From Ophelia neglecta (taxonomy: Eukaryota), in contig OZ260663.1 in the NCBI GenBank assembly GCA_965285935.1, positions 93,310,001-93,374,000 of the forward strand: DNA of 64,000 bases, in the 5' to 3' direction. Below, piece after piece: positions 1 to 13,800 of the stretch (positions are counted from its first letter, which is position 1; every line of letters begins with the position of its first letter). The position numbers and the translations under genes were made by a program. A model generated the notes under the pieces. The model searched no databases. It saw only the letters and a list, made by a program, of their open reading frames with translations, and had not been told where the DNA came from.

Positions 1-168
1 TTATATTATCTTGTTTAATGATTTTAACCTAGGCTGCCAGGTAACCTCTCCAGTGTTTTGCTGTTCATTCCGTGAAAAAGTGCTCATTGTTTATTTGTGT
101 TTTATTTTACACATTGGCTGAAATATCAATTAAACTATCATAACAAATAACAAACAATTTCAACCCAG

Positions 169-2318
169 ATCCCGCCAAGGGTTCTATCCCCCTGTGTGGT
201 ATCGAGACAAGAGAGAAGGTAGTCTACCTCTCGGAGACCGAGGGCGTTCAGATCACCTTAAGCAATCCCAAGACGACCAAACATGGGGCGTATTTCCTAC
301 TTGGTTACGAAAGTGAGTAGGCATACTTAAAGTTAACTCCTAAAAGTCGTTTAGAAAAAAATATTGTTCCTTCATTTGTCGAAAATATTAAGCAAAAAAT
401 GAGCGTAGGGAGAGATTGGTCTAAATGAATACCATATTTACATAATTCAACTTGTGCAACCGTGGAAATGTCACGAAGATAATAGAACTTTTTATTGTTT
501 AATCTTTTATTCCATAACAGTTATAGGGTGTCCCACTTACATACCTCCTGAAGGCGGCGTTGTCACGCGTCACGGGAAAGATATCTCAGTGAGATGCTCC
601 ACATCTGGAAGTGAGTGGCGCTTGTCCTGTGAGGGGTCGAGCTGGAATTCAAAGGGGGCTGTCATAGAATGTGCAGAAGCAGGTTTGTAATACCAGTATT
701 ATATGTCATCGTTTAACGGACACGCGAATAATGCTAAACAATATACGCGGCATTTATTTGCTTTATTATCTGCCTGGCATCAACATTAGGCATGTAAAAT
801 CTGACAGTTTGAATGAAGTGGGAACCCGTACGTTGCCTAGTTAACTAAGCGTATACCCTTAGATTCTGGGGCTGTTCAATACTTGAAACAGTATAGAAGT
901 CTGATGTCCAACAAACCCGCTTGATATGTATGATATTAAGACCCAGAGATTGTTCTGCAAGGACAATTAAAATTTAGATGCATGATTGCGATACAACACC
1001 CAGAGCCAATAGTTTCATTTAACAGCATAACCTATCATTTCTACACGTGAGGAATGTTTCATCGTGAAATGGATTAAATTTGTATTTAACACATTTGGCG
1101 TGAGTAATGCGGCACTTAAAACCAACAAAAAAGGCTATGGCACAAATGACACGCACATATATTTCTATGAATACATATCATTGTGAAGTAGAAAAACATA
1201 ATGGCCGTTGTGCGTGGCAAACCTTCATTCCAAATTGCAGTCGACAGTACACAATATGTTATTTATAATTTCATATGTGTACACTCCATTCATCGTTGAA
1301 AGTTGGTGTCTATCTTGTTTACAGATGGTCCCTCTATGTCAATTGGTGCTCTCTTTAAGAGTGCTCTGACCCTACCACAATGTGAGTAAGCAAACGTTGG
1401 TCATTAGCCTCCAAAATAAATAATTACTCAATTAAACTAGCTTCTCACATTGTAACTTTTTTATAATAAAAATATATTTCAGGGTTACTCATAGTGATCA
1501 TCATCGCTGCTGCTGTTATCGTTGCACTCCCTATACTTGTGATAGGCATATTAAGTTTCCGAAGGTAAGTGCCACGGTTTTTTTAAATTTCATATCTCAA
1601 AATATATACGTACGAGTTAGCCATAAGAGATTTTGTTTAATTAATTGATGGTAAACAGTTCTAAGAATCGCCGTCATACGAATCTTAAATACCTACGTTC
1701 TTTGATATTGTACCGTACATGGCAATATCCTACAAGTTCCAGCCATTTATTCTCAGGCTGGACAATGAACCAACCCTTGCGATTGATCATAATAACATTA
1801 TTATATATGTCCATCATAACAGAAGACATGACCAGGTGATAACGTGTGACCCAAAACGCCAGTTTGACGCTGATGAGTGCTTGTCACATTCGGGGTATTG
1901 TGCAAAAGAGCAGGATCCAATGTTGAATAAAAACGATTTACCGGGAAGATCTGTACCAGGCAGGGAGTATATTACTACCGCACAAAGACACATGGCTGTT
2001 CGTCCGGGCGCTGTGACCCCTGTGACCCCTGGTGATGATATTCCGAGTCTGCCTTTTGTACCGAACGCGTGCTCCGTTCATACAGGGAACAAAAGCATGC
2101 GCGGAAAAATAGGTCAAGACAGTTATCCAGCGGAAGGTAGAAATACTACATTACAGCAAGATTACATCGATGATAAAAATGAGGCACCAATTGATTTGCG
2201 GCGCATGCGCAGTGAGAGCAACAGTAGCGAACCGTTCTACAATGAGGTATACGAGGAGCATACCAATTCGCTTACCAAGTCACCGCAAGAAACATTGATG
2301 CAGAGAGCGAGACGATAA
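169..2318 (+). CDS. Lectin-CUB-CCP-TM receptor paralogue 1 (5'-partial; C-terminus frameshifted)
   Basis: Exons 169-312 (CUB-B), 521-682 (CCP-like), 1325-1381 (stalk), 1483-1564 (TM), 1823-2318 (tail), all with AG/GT and a continuous frame. Upstream exons lie outside the window. A 1-nt deletion near 2290 gives ...QETLMQRARR*. Confidence 0.85.
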
Positions 2319-3389
2319 GCCAAGACCCTATAACGTAGTTATTCATATTTCAACAAATAAGTGCCGGAATATTTTGTGGCCATTTTATTGGAAAGTGGAA
2401 ATTTCGTTTGAGAGGAATGTTGCTATAACAATCTCTCAAAGAATTGGCGCCAGTTTGATATTTATCGCTTATGCTCGTTTGTTCATTCACAACTGTGAGG
2501 ATTACACTGTCCACCAAGTTCACATATGTTACAATGTTTTGTGAAAGATGATTAGAATGGTCTTTAAAAGTTCGTGAATCCTGTTTGGATGCAATGTAAA
2601 TATTAAGTCGAAGCTGGAATTGTGCTTCAGATTGCAAAGACTGTTTACAGAATTTTAAAACTGGTTCAATTGATAATATCCACTTTTCCACTTGCTTATT
2701 GAACCATTTTTGATGCCGCTTATCTTAATCAATTGTTCCATTGTCGTTTATTATGTAAGTATATTATAAACAAAACTATTCCTAATTGACGTGCAGAAAT
2801 GCGTATCGCTGTGGGCATGCTAATTATATTGTTGCCTATTGAAAATAAACTTGATCCCAAAAGTCAAGCTTTCGCATGATCACAGAATGCAGAATGGAAA
2901 TTTTGGCGACGGTAGGTTGCTGGGAAAGTGAAGGACTGAAGCAATCCCAATAAAACGCTCCGGGAACAAAAAAAAACATGCTGATGGTTCACGGAATTGA
3001 AAATAAAGTCGCTATTTTATGGATAATGCTTGCACACGAACATGCTTATATGTTTATCGAAGAAAGATCATGGTCACATATCTGCTTCCAACACGTCGTC
3101 AGTGGGTGTGATTTGTTTCATTGTCATATTACATAGCTCAGATCATTGTCAATAGCATCTAATGTATTCATATGGAAAATGTAAATTAATAAATAGTACA
3201 ATTCAGGAAATGATTTTTATAATTAAACGAAAACGCGTCTCCTTTCACTGAGAAATGATCGAGTGTTTTCCTGATAATAATCTGCATGAGAATGTCTTTA
3301 TTTCCCTTTATGAGCCACACCCGCCATATTGACCTCCTCTCGTTTGCCCTTAGTGGTTTAAATTCTATGTCATTTTGACATAGAATACG

Positions 3390-3505
3390 TGAGCTGCGAG
3401 CATAGCGAGTGCCGCGCACTGCGCCGACGCTTTGTGCACCACCCATTGCATTAAGCCGCGTTGTTGTGTATATTGAGTTCTAATACTAACACTACCAGAT
3501 TGTGA
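3390..3505 (+). promoter_or_regulatory. Conserved upstream element of paralogue 2
   Basis: GC-rich block GCGCACTGCGC...CCACCCATTG (3439-3448)...GAGTTCT...ACACTACCAGATTG, shared by all eight visible gene starts; 189 bp before the ATG. Confidence 0.7.
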
Positions 3506-3627
3506 ACGAACGGTATGTGGAATACAGACATAATGAGCACCGCATAATAAAATGAGGATTATATCTTGCTGATAATAATACAGTTGTTCATCGAAGAAGT
3601 TAGTGTGGTGATATATTCAGTGTTGCA

Positions 3628-6600
3628 ATGGATACCCTGCAGAAAGACTTCATTATTAGCTTGGCGTTAGTGGCAGCTTGGATAACAACAGTTAGCTCGA
3701 GTAAGTACTGCACATTATTATTCAATAACAAAGGACGCCATCATTCACGTGTATCAAGCAAATTCGCGAACATACTCGGCATGCGTCCTTCCTTGTTAGA
3801 ATCTCCATTAACATTACCTCGCAGTACGCCGTCTATAGTCTATACTGTGCTCTGGACTATTGGGGTCACATCGTTTATTTTGGTAGTACTGGAAGCATGT
3901 TTAAGGTGTCAATACTGTCCCGAGAGTTGATCGGTCTAACGTAGTAAAACTGCCTTGAATTGAACGAGGTTCAACAGTATGTTATTGGAAATGTAATACG
4001 TTACCTTCTTATGCTCGGTTAAGGAGTATATAAGGGCAACTATATGTACCTTTTGTAATGAAAACCATTCCTTTCACGATAGCTTCAAACTTGAAATACG
4101 CTTTTCATGACGTTCATATGCTAAACACTGGCCATGGCCATGACCAAAACATTTTCAGGATATAATACCTCAGCTTAAAACCCATATTATAATCTATGAC
4201 ATAATCCTGTACGTCATAGTCTAATATAGAGTTTTAAAAATATTAAATAAAACGCTTTTACATAATTTATGGGGAAACTGTTCTGCGAAAAATAACCGTA
4301 CATTGTTATATGAAAAAAAGGACACACAAAAGACAAAGCGACATCGATAATAAAGATGTTTCATTAAATCCGGGTGAAATCATGGGTAACGGCCTGTCGA
4401 TCCCTGGTCAACAATAGGTAAAGTAGATACAAAATGACTCTTTAGTTGGAAGGCGTCGGATGAAAGACCGTCAGGGAGTGTATAGTAAACTGTAAGTAAC
4501 AGTTTGATTCGGATATGTGATCTTAACACTCGGAGCAGTAAAATACTGCAATAGCTTTGATGATACATTCCGTTCATCCTAGAACAGGGGTCATGTGCAT
4601 ATACCTAATACTGATATAATATCGTATGTTACAGATGCACTCGGTCAGCCACAATAAAAATGTAATTGGTTCACTTTTCAAAGTCAAAATTACACTCTCG
4701 AGGATATTTAATAACCATTTCATTTTCAAAAACTCTCCCCCCACCACCTTGAACCACCACCATCTCGCTGCTCTATGTTTATTAAGAATTATATAGTGTC
4801 ATCTTTAGAATGTAAAATTGGAAGAGCGCTTAGCCCATCATAGGCTATCCTGGGACATATTTCGTACTCGTTTGTCTTGATTTATGCCTGTTTTCTTCTC
4901 AAAGGAATTGTGATTATGGATCTCTCTTAGCAAGGCAGGAAAGCCACAGAATGTTTCACCGCTTCAAAACACTGATAGCATGATAAATCATAAACCCTCC
5001 TGCGATGAGGAGACCAGGAGATTATAAAATGAGGATATTGCGTTCGATACCTTAATTCTTCTAAAGACGCACGCTGCGCTGCGACGCACGGCGTTACGCG
5101 GCGTGGCGAGAACGACGTGCCGTGTAGCAGACCGCCCAGAAGTCTTGCCCTGAGTTGCTTCAATAAACTTAGAAACTATATCAACTGCCGGGCCTAGCAT
5201 GTAAACCCTGCCAATCTTTATTCAAGACGGACAAAATCGCGCATGGTGGTATCTCTGTAACATTTACTTTAGTATTTACTATGATAAACATTCAGTTGTC
5301 GGCTCCGGGCATGGAAACTAGCCAATTATTATAGTTAGTCTGAGATGGGCAAAAATCGAGAATGGGCGTATCTTTGTATATTGTACTTGAATAATTTATT
5401 TCTTGTTAACTTTAATTAAAAGCGCATTACTTTCATCCCCATTATGGTACTCTTCTTAACAACTCTCTCATCTATACCGTGAAGCTTGAGTATTGAAACA
5501 GGCAGATATGAATATACTAAGAAAGGCAAGGCAAAGATTTTTTTCGGATAAATTCATTCTTACCATTTATCTGACACGGTATATTATTCTGACTATGTGT
5601 CCTATCATGATATCTGATTGACCCCATTTTCAATTGGCCATATGTAAATTAATACCAAAACAAAAGTAAATCTACTATCTATATAAGGAAATGTATACTC
5701 GAATTTATAACTTAACTTGTTGGCCAAGCCTAAAAAAAGTTTTGCGGAATTTTGTATAAAAATGTCCATAGTTTTATGAGTGATATTACACCGGCTAAAT
5801 AAGTCATGTACTCATGTTTGTTTCTAAATCGACCCATGTCCTTTTAATGTATATAAATGTCTTTTTTATTCCAAAGTGTATTCCTCGGGATTCTACAATC
5901 CACTCATTTGATGTTTTACCGGCGGCGCGCCCTCGCGTGAATGGTGTACGTGATATCAGCCGTTTTGGCCTGAAAGAAGTGCATCTTATTAATTAACGCG
6001 AATGCTGAATTGTAAATAAATACACTGTGTGTAATTTGTCTCGGTATGTACTTGGGTTGTGTGTTTCCTATTTCCCCTAATGGAATATATCTACATATAT
6101 TAAATGCATGTCTTTCATGACGTTTCAGCTGTACAGGACATTTGCTACTTTAATAAATACAACGTAACCTGTGCAGAGAACGAGGTTATACAGATGGAGC
6201 ATGCAAACTACGGCCGGATGTCAGTAGGACGCTGTATACCGGAGGCTCATAAGATGGGATGCCAGGAAGACGTGCTGGGCTATTTGGACTCAGTTTGCTC
6301 CGGGAGACAATCCTGTCATCTCGAACTGCCAGATAAACACCTGGCGGCCGGACATCAGCCTTGTCCTCGAGGGCTAGAGTCATACCTGAAGGTTGAATAC
6401 AAATGCATAAAAGGTGTGTAAAACAGATAGTTTTCAAAATGTGAATCTTTGGATTTGAATATGGGGATCCTTATCTCAATTCAAAGCCACATCCGATGCA
6501 GCACACGGGCTGTCCGACTGCATAACTGAACCTTGAGGTTTAAACTAGAGGTAGACATAGATTCCTTTGCTGACTTCTCAGATCTGCAAAAAATAAGTGT

Positions 6601-9600
6601 ATATTTTTGCAAAATTCAATATATGGCTGCAAGCAAATGACAATAAGGGAAGAATTAATTTCCTGGGGGATGTACGAAAAGAAATGCTTAAAACTGAAAT
6701 ATTCATATAAAACTGTTGAATGAGCAAGCGATAGATTAGTTAACGTTCCGTTTTAAACGAACATACATGTCATTGTTTTGATAAAAGTTTATTTCTTTAG
6801 TTGTAATTTCCAGTACAAGTCTACCCATCACCGTGTGCAGACAACCCTCTACGCGTCTCGGGAACGCAAGGCTTGCTGGCCAACTTCGTAACATCACGGA
6901 CTAGTCAGGGGTCTTCAGGATGCCCCTGGGAGGTCCGCGGGTCACCAGGGCAGAAGGTCCGTCTCACGTTACACGATTATGGGGTGCGGCCGCCTCACAC
7001 TGGAGCTCGGCGGCCGGGGTCCCTTCCACCAGATAGGTTGGGTATTTGCCACATATACGCAAGGGTAGCAGAAGGTTGGTAAATTTAGTAGCGAATTCCA
7101 TCCGTATAAACTGTTATCGGAACTGGTTTAAATCATAATGACTTGTGTACTATATCTTTTGTCGCCTTCAACAAAATTAGCCCATGTTTTACGATTATTT
7201 TCAGTAATGGAGCAGGGGATTGATGTTTTTGGACAAATTTAATGGTCTATTTCCGATAATGTATAAGATAATGTATTTATATTATCTCGTTTAATTATTT
7301 TGCCTAGGCTGCCAGGTAACCTCTACAGTGTTTTGCTGTTTCTTACGTGAAAAAGTGCTCATTGTATATTTGTGTTTTAGTTAACACAATCGCTGAAATA
7401 TCAATTAAACTTGTCGTATCATAACAAATAACAAACCATTTCAACCCAGATCCCGCCAAGGGTTCTATCCCCCTGTGTGGTATCGAGACAAGAGAGAAGG
7501 TAGTCTACCTCTCGGAGACCGAGGGCGTTCAGATCACCTTAAGCAATCCCAAGACGACCAAACATGGGGCGTATTTCCTACTTGGTTACGAAAGTGAGTA
7601 GGCATACTTAAAGTTAACTCCTTAAAATCGTTTAGATAAAAAATAATTACTCCTTCTTTTGTCGCAAACATGGAGCAAATGATGAATGCAGGGCCGAGAC
7701 TGCCCTAAATGAATACCATATTTAAATAAATCATTCCATGCAACCGTGGAAATGTCACGCAGATAATAGAACTTTTTATTGTTTACTCTTCTATTCCATA
7801 ACAGTTATAGGGTGTCCGAATTACCTACCTCCTGAAGGTGGCGTTGTCACGCAACACGGGAAAGATATATCAGTAAGATGTTCCACATCTGGAAGTGAGT
7901 GGCGCTTGTCCTGTGATGGGAAAAGCTGGAATTCAAAGGGGGCTGTTATAGAATGTGCAGAAGCAGGTTTGTAATACGAGTATTATAAGTCATCGTTTAA
8001 CGGACACGCGAATAAAGCTAAACAATATACGCGGCATTTATTTGCCTTGTGATCTGCCTGGCATCAACATTAGGCATATAAAATCTGCCAGTTTAAATGA
8101 AGTGGGAACCCGTACGTTAACTAAGCGTATTCCTTTATAATCTGAGGCTGTTTATGTTTGAAACAGTATAGATGTCTGATGTCCAAAAAACCCGCCTGAT
8201 ATGTATAATAGAGAATGCTGCAAAGACAATTAAAATTTAGATGTATGCTCGCGATACGACACTCAGAGCCATTAGTTTCATTTAACAGCATAACCTATCA
8301 TTTCTACACGCGAGGAATGTTTCCACGCGAAAAGGATTTTATTTGTATTTAACACATTTGGCGTGAGTAATGCGGCATTTAAAAACCAACAAAGAAGCTA
8401 TTGCACCAATGACACGCACATATATTTCTATCAATACATATCATTGTGAAGTAGAAAAACTTAATGACCGTTTTGCGTGGCAAACCTTCATTCCAAATAG
8501 CAGTCGACAGTACACAATATGTTATTTATAATTTCATATGTGTACACTCCATTCATCGTTGAAAGTTGGTGTCTATCTTGTTTACAGATGGTCCCTCTAT
8601 GTCAATTGGTGCTCTCTTTAAGAGTGCTCTGACCCTACCACAATGTGAGTAAGCGAACGTTGGTCATTAGCCTCCAAAAATAAAGAATTAATCAATTAAA
8701 CTAGCTTCTCACATTGTAACTTTTTCATAATAAAAATATATTTCAGGGTTACTCATAGTGATCATCATCGCTGCTGCTGTGATCATTGCACTCCCTATAA
8801 TTGTGATAGGCATATTAAGTTTCCGAAGGTAAGTGCCACGGTTTTTTAAATTTCATATCTCAAAATATATACGTACGAGTTAGCCATAAGAGATTTTGTT
8901 TAATTGATGGTAAACAGTACTATGAATCGCCGTCATACGAATCTTAAATACCTACGTTCTTTGATATAGTACCGTACATGGCAATATCCTACAAGTTCCA
9001 GCCATATATTCTCAGGCTGGACAATGAACCAACCCTTGCGATTAATCATAATAACATTATTATATATGTCCATCATAACAGAAGACATGACCAGGTGATA
9101 ACGAGTGACCCAAAACTCCAGTTTGACGCTGATGAGTGCTTGCCATATTCGGGATATTGTGCAAAAGAGCAGGATCCAATGTTGAATAAAAACGATTTAC
9201 CGGGAAGATCTGTACCAGGCAGAAAGTATATTACTACCGCACAAAGACACATGGCTGTTATTCCGGGCGCTGTGACCCCTGTGACCCCTGGTGATAATAT
9301 TCCGCGTCTGCCTTTTGCACCAAACGCGTGCTCCGTTCAAACAGGGACCAAGAGCATGCGCGGAAAACCAGGTCAAGACCGCTATCCGCCGGAAGGTAGA
9401 AATACCACATTAAAACCAGATTACACCGATGATAAAAATGAGGGACCAAATGATTTGCGGCGCATGCGCAGTGGAACTAACACTAGCGAACCGTTCTACA
9501 ATGAGGTATACGAGGAGCATACAAATTCGCTTACCAAGTCACCGCAAGATAACATGGATGCAGAAAGCGAGACAATAAGCCAAGACCCGATTGCTGCTAA

Positions 9601-9607
9601 TACGTAG
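3628..9607 (+). CDS. Type I membrane receptor paralogue 2: signal peptide, SUEL-type lectin, CUB-like, CCP-like, TM, Tyr-motif tail (529 aa)
   Basis: join(3628-3700,6129-6413,6814-7074,7450-7593,7805-7966,8588-8644,8747-8828,9082-9607)=1590 nt, open frame, canonical splice sites. SUEL: ANYGR, C..DVL..LD..CSGRQSC, PC...YL.V.Y.C. CUB-like: CPWEVRGSPGQKVRLTLHD...FLLGY. TM: WLLIVIIIAAAVIIALPIIVIGILSF followed by RRR. Confidence 0.9.
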
Positions 9608-10599
9608 TTATTCATATTTCAACAAATTAGTGCCGGAATATTTGGTGGCCAATATATCTGAAAGTGGAAATTTCGTTTGAGTTGAGAGGAATGATGCTAT
9701 AACGGTCTCTCAAAGAATTGACGCCAGTTGAATATTTATCGCTTATGCTCAAGTGTTCATTCACAACTATGAGGATCATACTGTGTATCAAGTCCATATA
9801 TGTTACATTGTTTTGTGAAAGATGGCGAGGGTTGTCTATCAAAGTTCGTGAACCATGTTATGACTTTATGTAAATATTAAGTCGAAGACGGAATTCTGCT
9901 ACAGATTGCAAAGACTGGTTACAGAATTTTAAACTGTTTCAGTTGATAATATCCAATTTTCCACTTGCTGATTGAACCATTGTTGATGCCGCTTTTCTTA
10001 ATCAATTGTTCCATGGTCGTTTATTATAAAAGTGTATTATAAACAAAACTGTTCCTAATTGACGTGCAGAAATGCGTATCGCTGTGGGCATGCTAATTAT
10101 ATTGTCGCCCATTGAAAATAAACTTGATCCCAAAAGTCAAGCTTTCGCCTGATCATAGAATGCAGTCTGGAAAATTTGGCGGCGGTAGGTTGCTTGGAAA
10201 GTGAAGGACTGAAGCAATCCCAATAAACGCTCCGGGAACAACAAAAAACATGCTGATGGGTCACGGAATTGAAAATAACATGGTCACATATCTGCTTCCA
10301 ACACGTCGTCAGTGGGTGTGATTTGTTTCATTCTCATATTACATAGCTCAGATCATTGTCAATAGTATCTAATGTATTCATATGGAAAATGTAAAATAAT
10401 AAATAGTACAATTCAGGAAACTAATGATTTTTTTTATAATTAAACGAAAACGCGTCTCCTTAAACTGAGAAATGATCGAGTGCTTTACTGATAATATGAG
10501 AATGTCTTTATTTCCCTTCATAAGCTACACCCGCCTTATTGGCCTCCTCTCGTTTGCCCTTGGTGTTTTAAATTCTATGCCATTTTGACATAGAATACT

Positions 10600-10715
10600 T
10601 GAGCCGCGAGCATAGCGAGTGCTGCGCACTGCGCCGGCGCTTTGTGCACCACCCATTGCATTACGCCGCGTTATTGTGTATATTGAGTTCTAATACTGAC
10701 ACTACCAGATTGTGA
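10600..10715 (+). promoter_or_regulatory. Conserved upstream element of paralogue 3
   Basis: CCACCCATTG at 10649-10658, 191 bp before the ATG, with the same flanking blocks. Confidence 0.7.
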
Positions 10716-10839
10716 AGGAACGGTATGTGGAATCCAGACATAATGAGCACCGCATAATAAAATGAGGATTATATCTTACTGATAATAATACAGTTATTCA
10801 TCGAAGAACCTGGTGTGGTGATATATTCACAGTGTTGAA

Positions 10840-13800
10840 ATGGATACTCTGCTGAAGGACTTCATGCTTAGTCTAGCGTTCATGGCAGCTTGGATAACAA
10901 CAGTTAGCTCGAGTAAGTACTGCACATTATTATTCAATGACAAAGGACGTCATCTTATACATGTATCAAGCAAATCGCGAACATACCGGGCATGCGTCCT
11001 TCCTTGTTAAATTCACCATTAACATTACCTCGCAGTACGCCGTCTACAGTCTATTCTGTGCTCTGGACTATTGGGGTCACATCGTTTATTTTGGTAGTAC
11101 TGGAAGCATGTGTATTTGTTTGAGGTGATAATACTGTCCACAGAATTGATCGGGTTAACGTTTAAAAACTGCCGTTAAGTGAACCAGGTTCACCAGGGTT
11201 GTAAATATATTCCCACCGTATGTAAGTGGAAAAGTAATACATTACTTTTATTTGCTCAGTGTAGGGATTTATAAGGCTAATGTATGTACCAATTGTGATA
11301 AAAATTGGTCATAACCATTCTTTTCATGAAGGCTCTGTAATGGATACTCGTTATTCTTGACCTTAATATGATAAACGCTCGTCAGAGCTATGACCAAAAT
11401 ATGTTCAGCAAAGCATGCTTCAGCGTAACACCCTTGGTATTTTTCTATAAGATATCCCTCTGCATCATAGTGTAATATAAAGTTTTAAAAATATCAAATA
11501 ATACACTTTGGCGAAAAAAATTCTCGGGGAAACTTGTCTGCGAAACATATATGTTCATTGTTATGCAAACAACTAGGGGCCATGTGCATATGCCTCATAC
11601 TGATATAATATTATATGTTTACAGATTCACTTGTTAAGGCACAATAAAAGTGAAAATGGTCCACTTTACAATAAAGTAAATATTATATTGCAGTTTCGAG
11701 GATATCAAATAATCTTTTGATCTTTAGGGCATTGTTTGGACCTCCCACATCCCCACCCCTAACCTCACCTTTGATAAGCCATCTGTCTTTGCAACGAAAG
11801 AAAACCACAGAATGATGTACATCTGCTTTCAAACCCAAATAGCATGATATATCATATACCCCCCCCCCCACCCAACCCCCCCGCAATGATGAGATTTTAT
11901 AATGAGGATTTTCCGTTCGATACCTTTACTTATTCCAATACGCACGCTGCCCTGTAAGGCACGGCGTAACGCGGCGTTGCGAACTGCAACGTGGCGCTAA
12001 ACGTGTAGAACAAGCTGTGCGTCGAGTATTCCAGCACGTATATACTTCTATAAATGAAACTGAAAGAATATGACCCCCCCCCCCCCCCCTTCACGATGTA
12101 ATTGTGCAATTTGTTCAGGTGGAGGTAAAAGTCTTAAGCTTAAACACGAGTTTACAAATTGGAATCATATCTATGTAATATGCGGGTAGTAATTCGAACT
12201 TTAAAGTGTGAATATGTGTCGTTTTGTAATATAAAATGCCGCGATAATTGTAGACCCCATTGTCAAACACACCAATATATATAGTTAATGAAGCACTTCC
12301 TCTTAATCTTCGCAAATACATGGATAAAAATTGCCCGTAACATGTGGCTGCACTGTGAAGAATGCAGAATACATTTTCAACTGCAGGTCCTAGCATGAAA
12401 ACAAGCCAATGAAAGTAGTCAGTTATCAAAGATGGATAAAATCGTACATAGTCGTATCTCTGTAACATTCATTTTACTTTCATTATTAACTCAGATATAC
12501 ATTCAGACGTCTGTTCTTGCATGGAAATTAGCCATTTATTATAGTTAGTCTAAGATGGGCCAAAATAGCGCATAGTCGTTTCTCTGAATTTAACATTTCT
12601 TTTACGCGAATAATTAATTTCTTGTTAACGTTAATTTAAAAGCATATTACTGCCATCCTTATTATGTAACTCTCTTATACACCGCTCTGGCATATCTTAC
12701 TGTACGTAAACACATACGGCGATTGTATAATTTCTCTCTTTAAGTTTGATGGAATCCTTCAAGGGAGTCCTCAGGTCCATAAGGCGGGGGTTATACTTAA
12801 ATAAACTGGTGTTGATTTTATTCGAATAAAGATAACCCCTATTCTATACACAAGTATAGCAGGAAGCTTGAGTATTGAAACATGCAAGTGGGAATATACT
12901 GAGAAAGTAAGCAAGGTAAAAGAATTTTTTCGGCTAAATTCATTCTTATCAACGATCAGGCAGATCTGACATGGTTTATTATTATGACTGTTCCCTATCA
13001 TGATATCTGTTTGACCCCTTTCTTAATTTGTCGAATGTAAAATAATACAAACATATTTTTAAGTATATACTATTCAAATACGGAAATATTTACTCACCAA
13101 ACCGATAATAAATTTGCTGGCCAATCCTGAACTATTTTTGCCTTATTTGTAAACGTCGCCGATAAATCCGGTTGATACATAGTTTTTGTGAATTTCAATA
13201 GTTTTATGTCTGAAATAGCATCGGTAAAATAACTCCTGTGCTTAGTGTTATTTCTAAATCGAAATGTGTCCTGTTAATATATATAAATGCCAATACTTTT
13301 CCAAAGTTTATTCCTCGAGATTGTTCTCATTTGATGTTTCCAGGCGGCGCGCCCTTGCGTGAACAGCGTACGACGGCATCAGCCGTTTTGGCTTAAAAAT
13401 TATGCTTATATTTGTTGAACGCGAACCTGAATTGTAAATTATTATACTCTCTGTTTTCTTCCGGGACTGTACTTTTGTGGAGTGTTATCTATTAAATACA
13501 TGTCTTTCATGACGTTTCAGCGGTACAGGACATTTGCTACTTTAATAAATACAACGTAACCTGTGCTGAGAACAAAGTTATACAGATGGTACATGCATAC
13601 TATGGGCGGATGTCTATAGGACGCTGCATTCCGAAGGACGTTGGTTTCAGGATGGGATGTCAGGAAGACGTCTTGACCTATTTGGACTCAGTTTGCTCCG
13701 GGAGACAATCATGTCATCTCGAACTGCCAGATAAACACCTAGCTGCCGGACATCAGCCTTGTCCTCGAGGGCTAGAGTCATACCTGAAGCTGGAATACAA

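Noticed and set aside
1719-1822. N-terminal extensions in the ORF track such as MAISYKFQP... and MQPWKCH...
   Set aside because: Intronic sequence upstream of clear acceptors; not maintained in diverged paralogues.
3186-3446. Recurring minus-strand ORFs starting MGG (also 17422-17613, 24627-24902, 37885-38166, 51111-51368, 58071-58283)
   Set aside because: They arise from the reverse complement of the conserved promoter 10-mer (ATGGGTGG). Lengths and frames differ between copies, so the constraint is non-coding.
5065-5135. Possible miRNA hairpin or C/D snoRNA in the CpG-rich intron block
   Set aside because: The stem GCACGGCGTT/AACGACGTGC is disrupted in copy 4 without compensatory changes, and box motifs are inconsistent between copies.
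9470-9520. Canonical ITIM or ITAM in the tails
   Set aside because: PFYNEV lacks the ITIM -2 residue (S/I/V/L), and there is no correctly spaced second YxxL/I; reported only as a Tyr motif.
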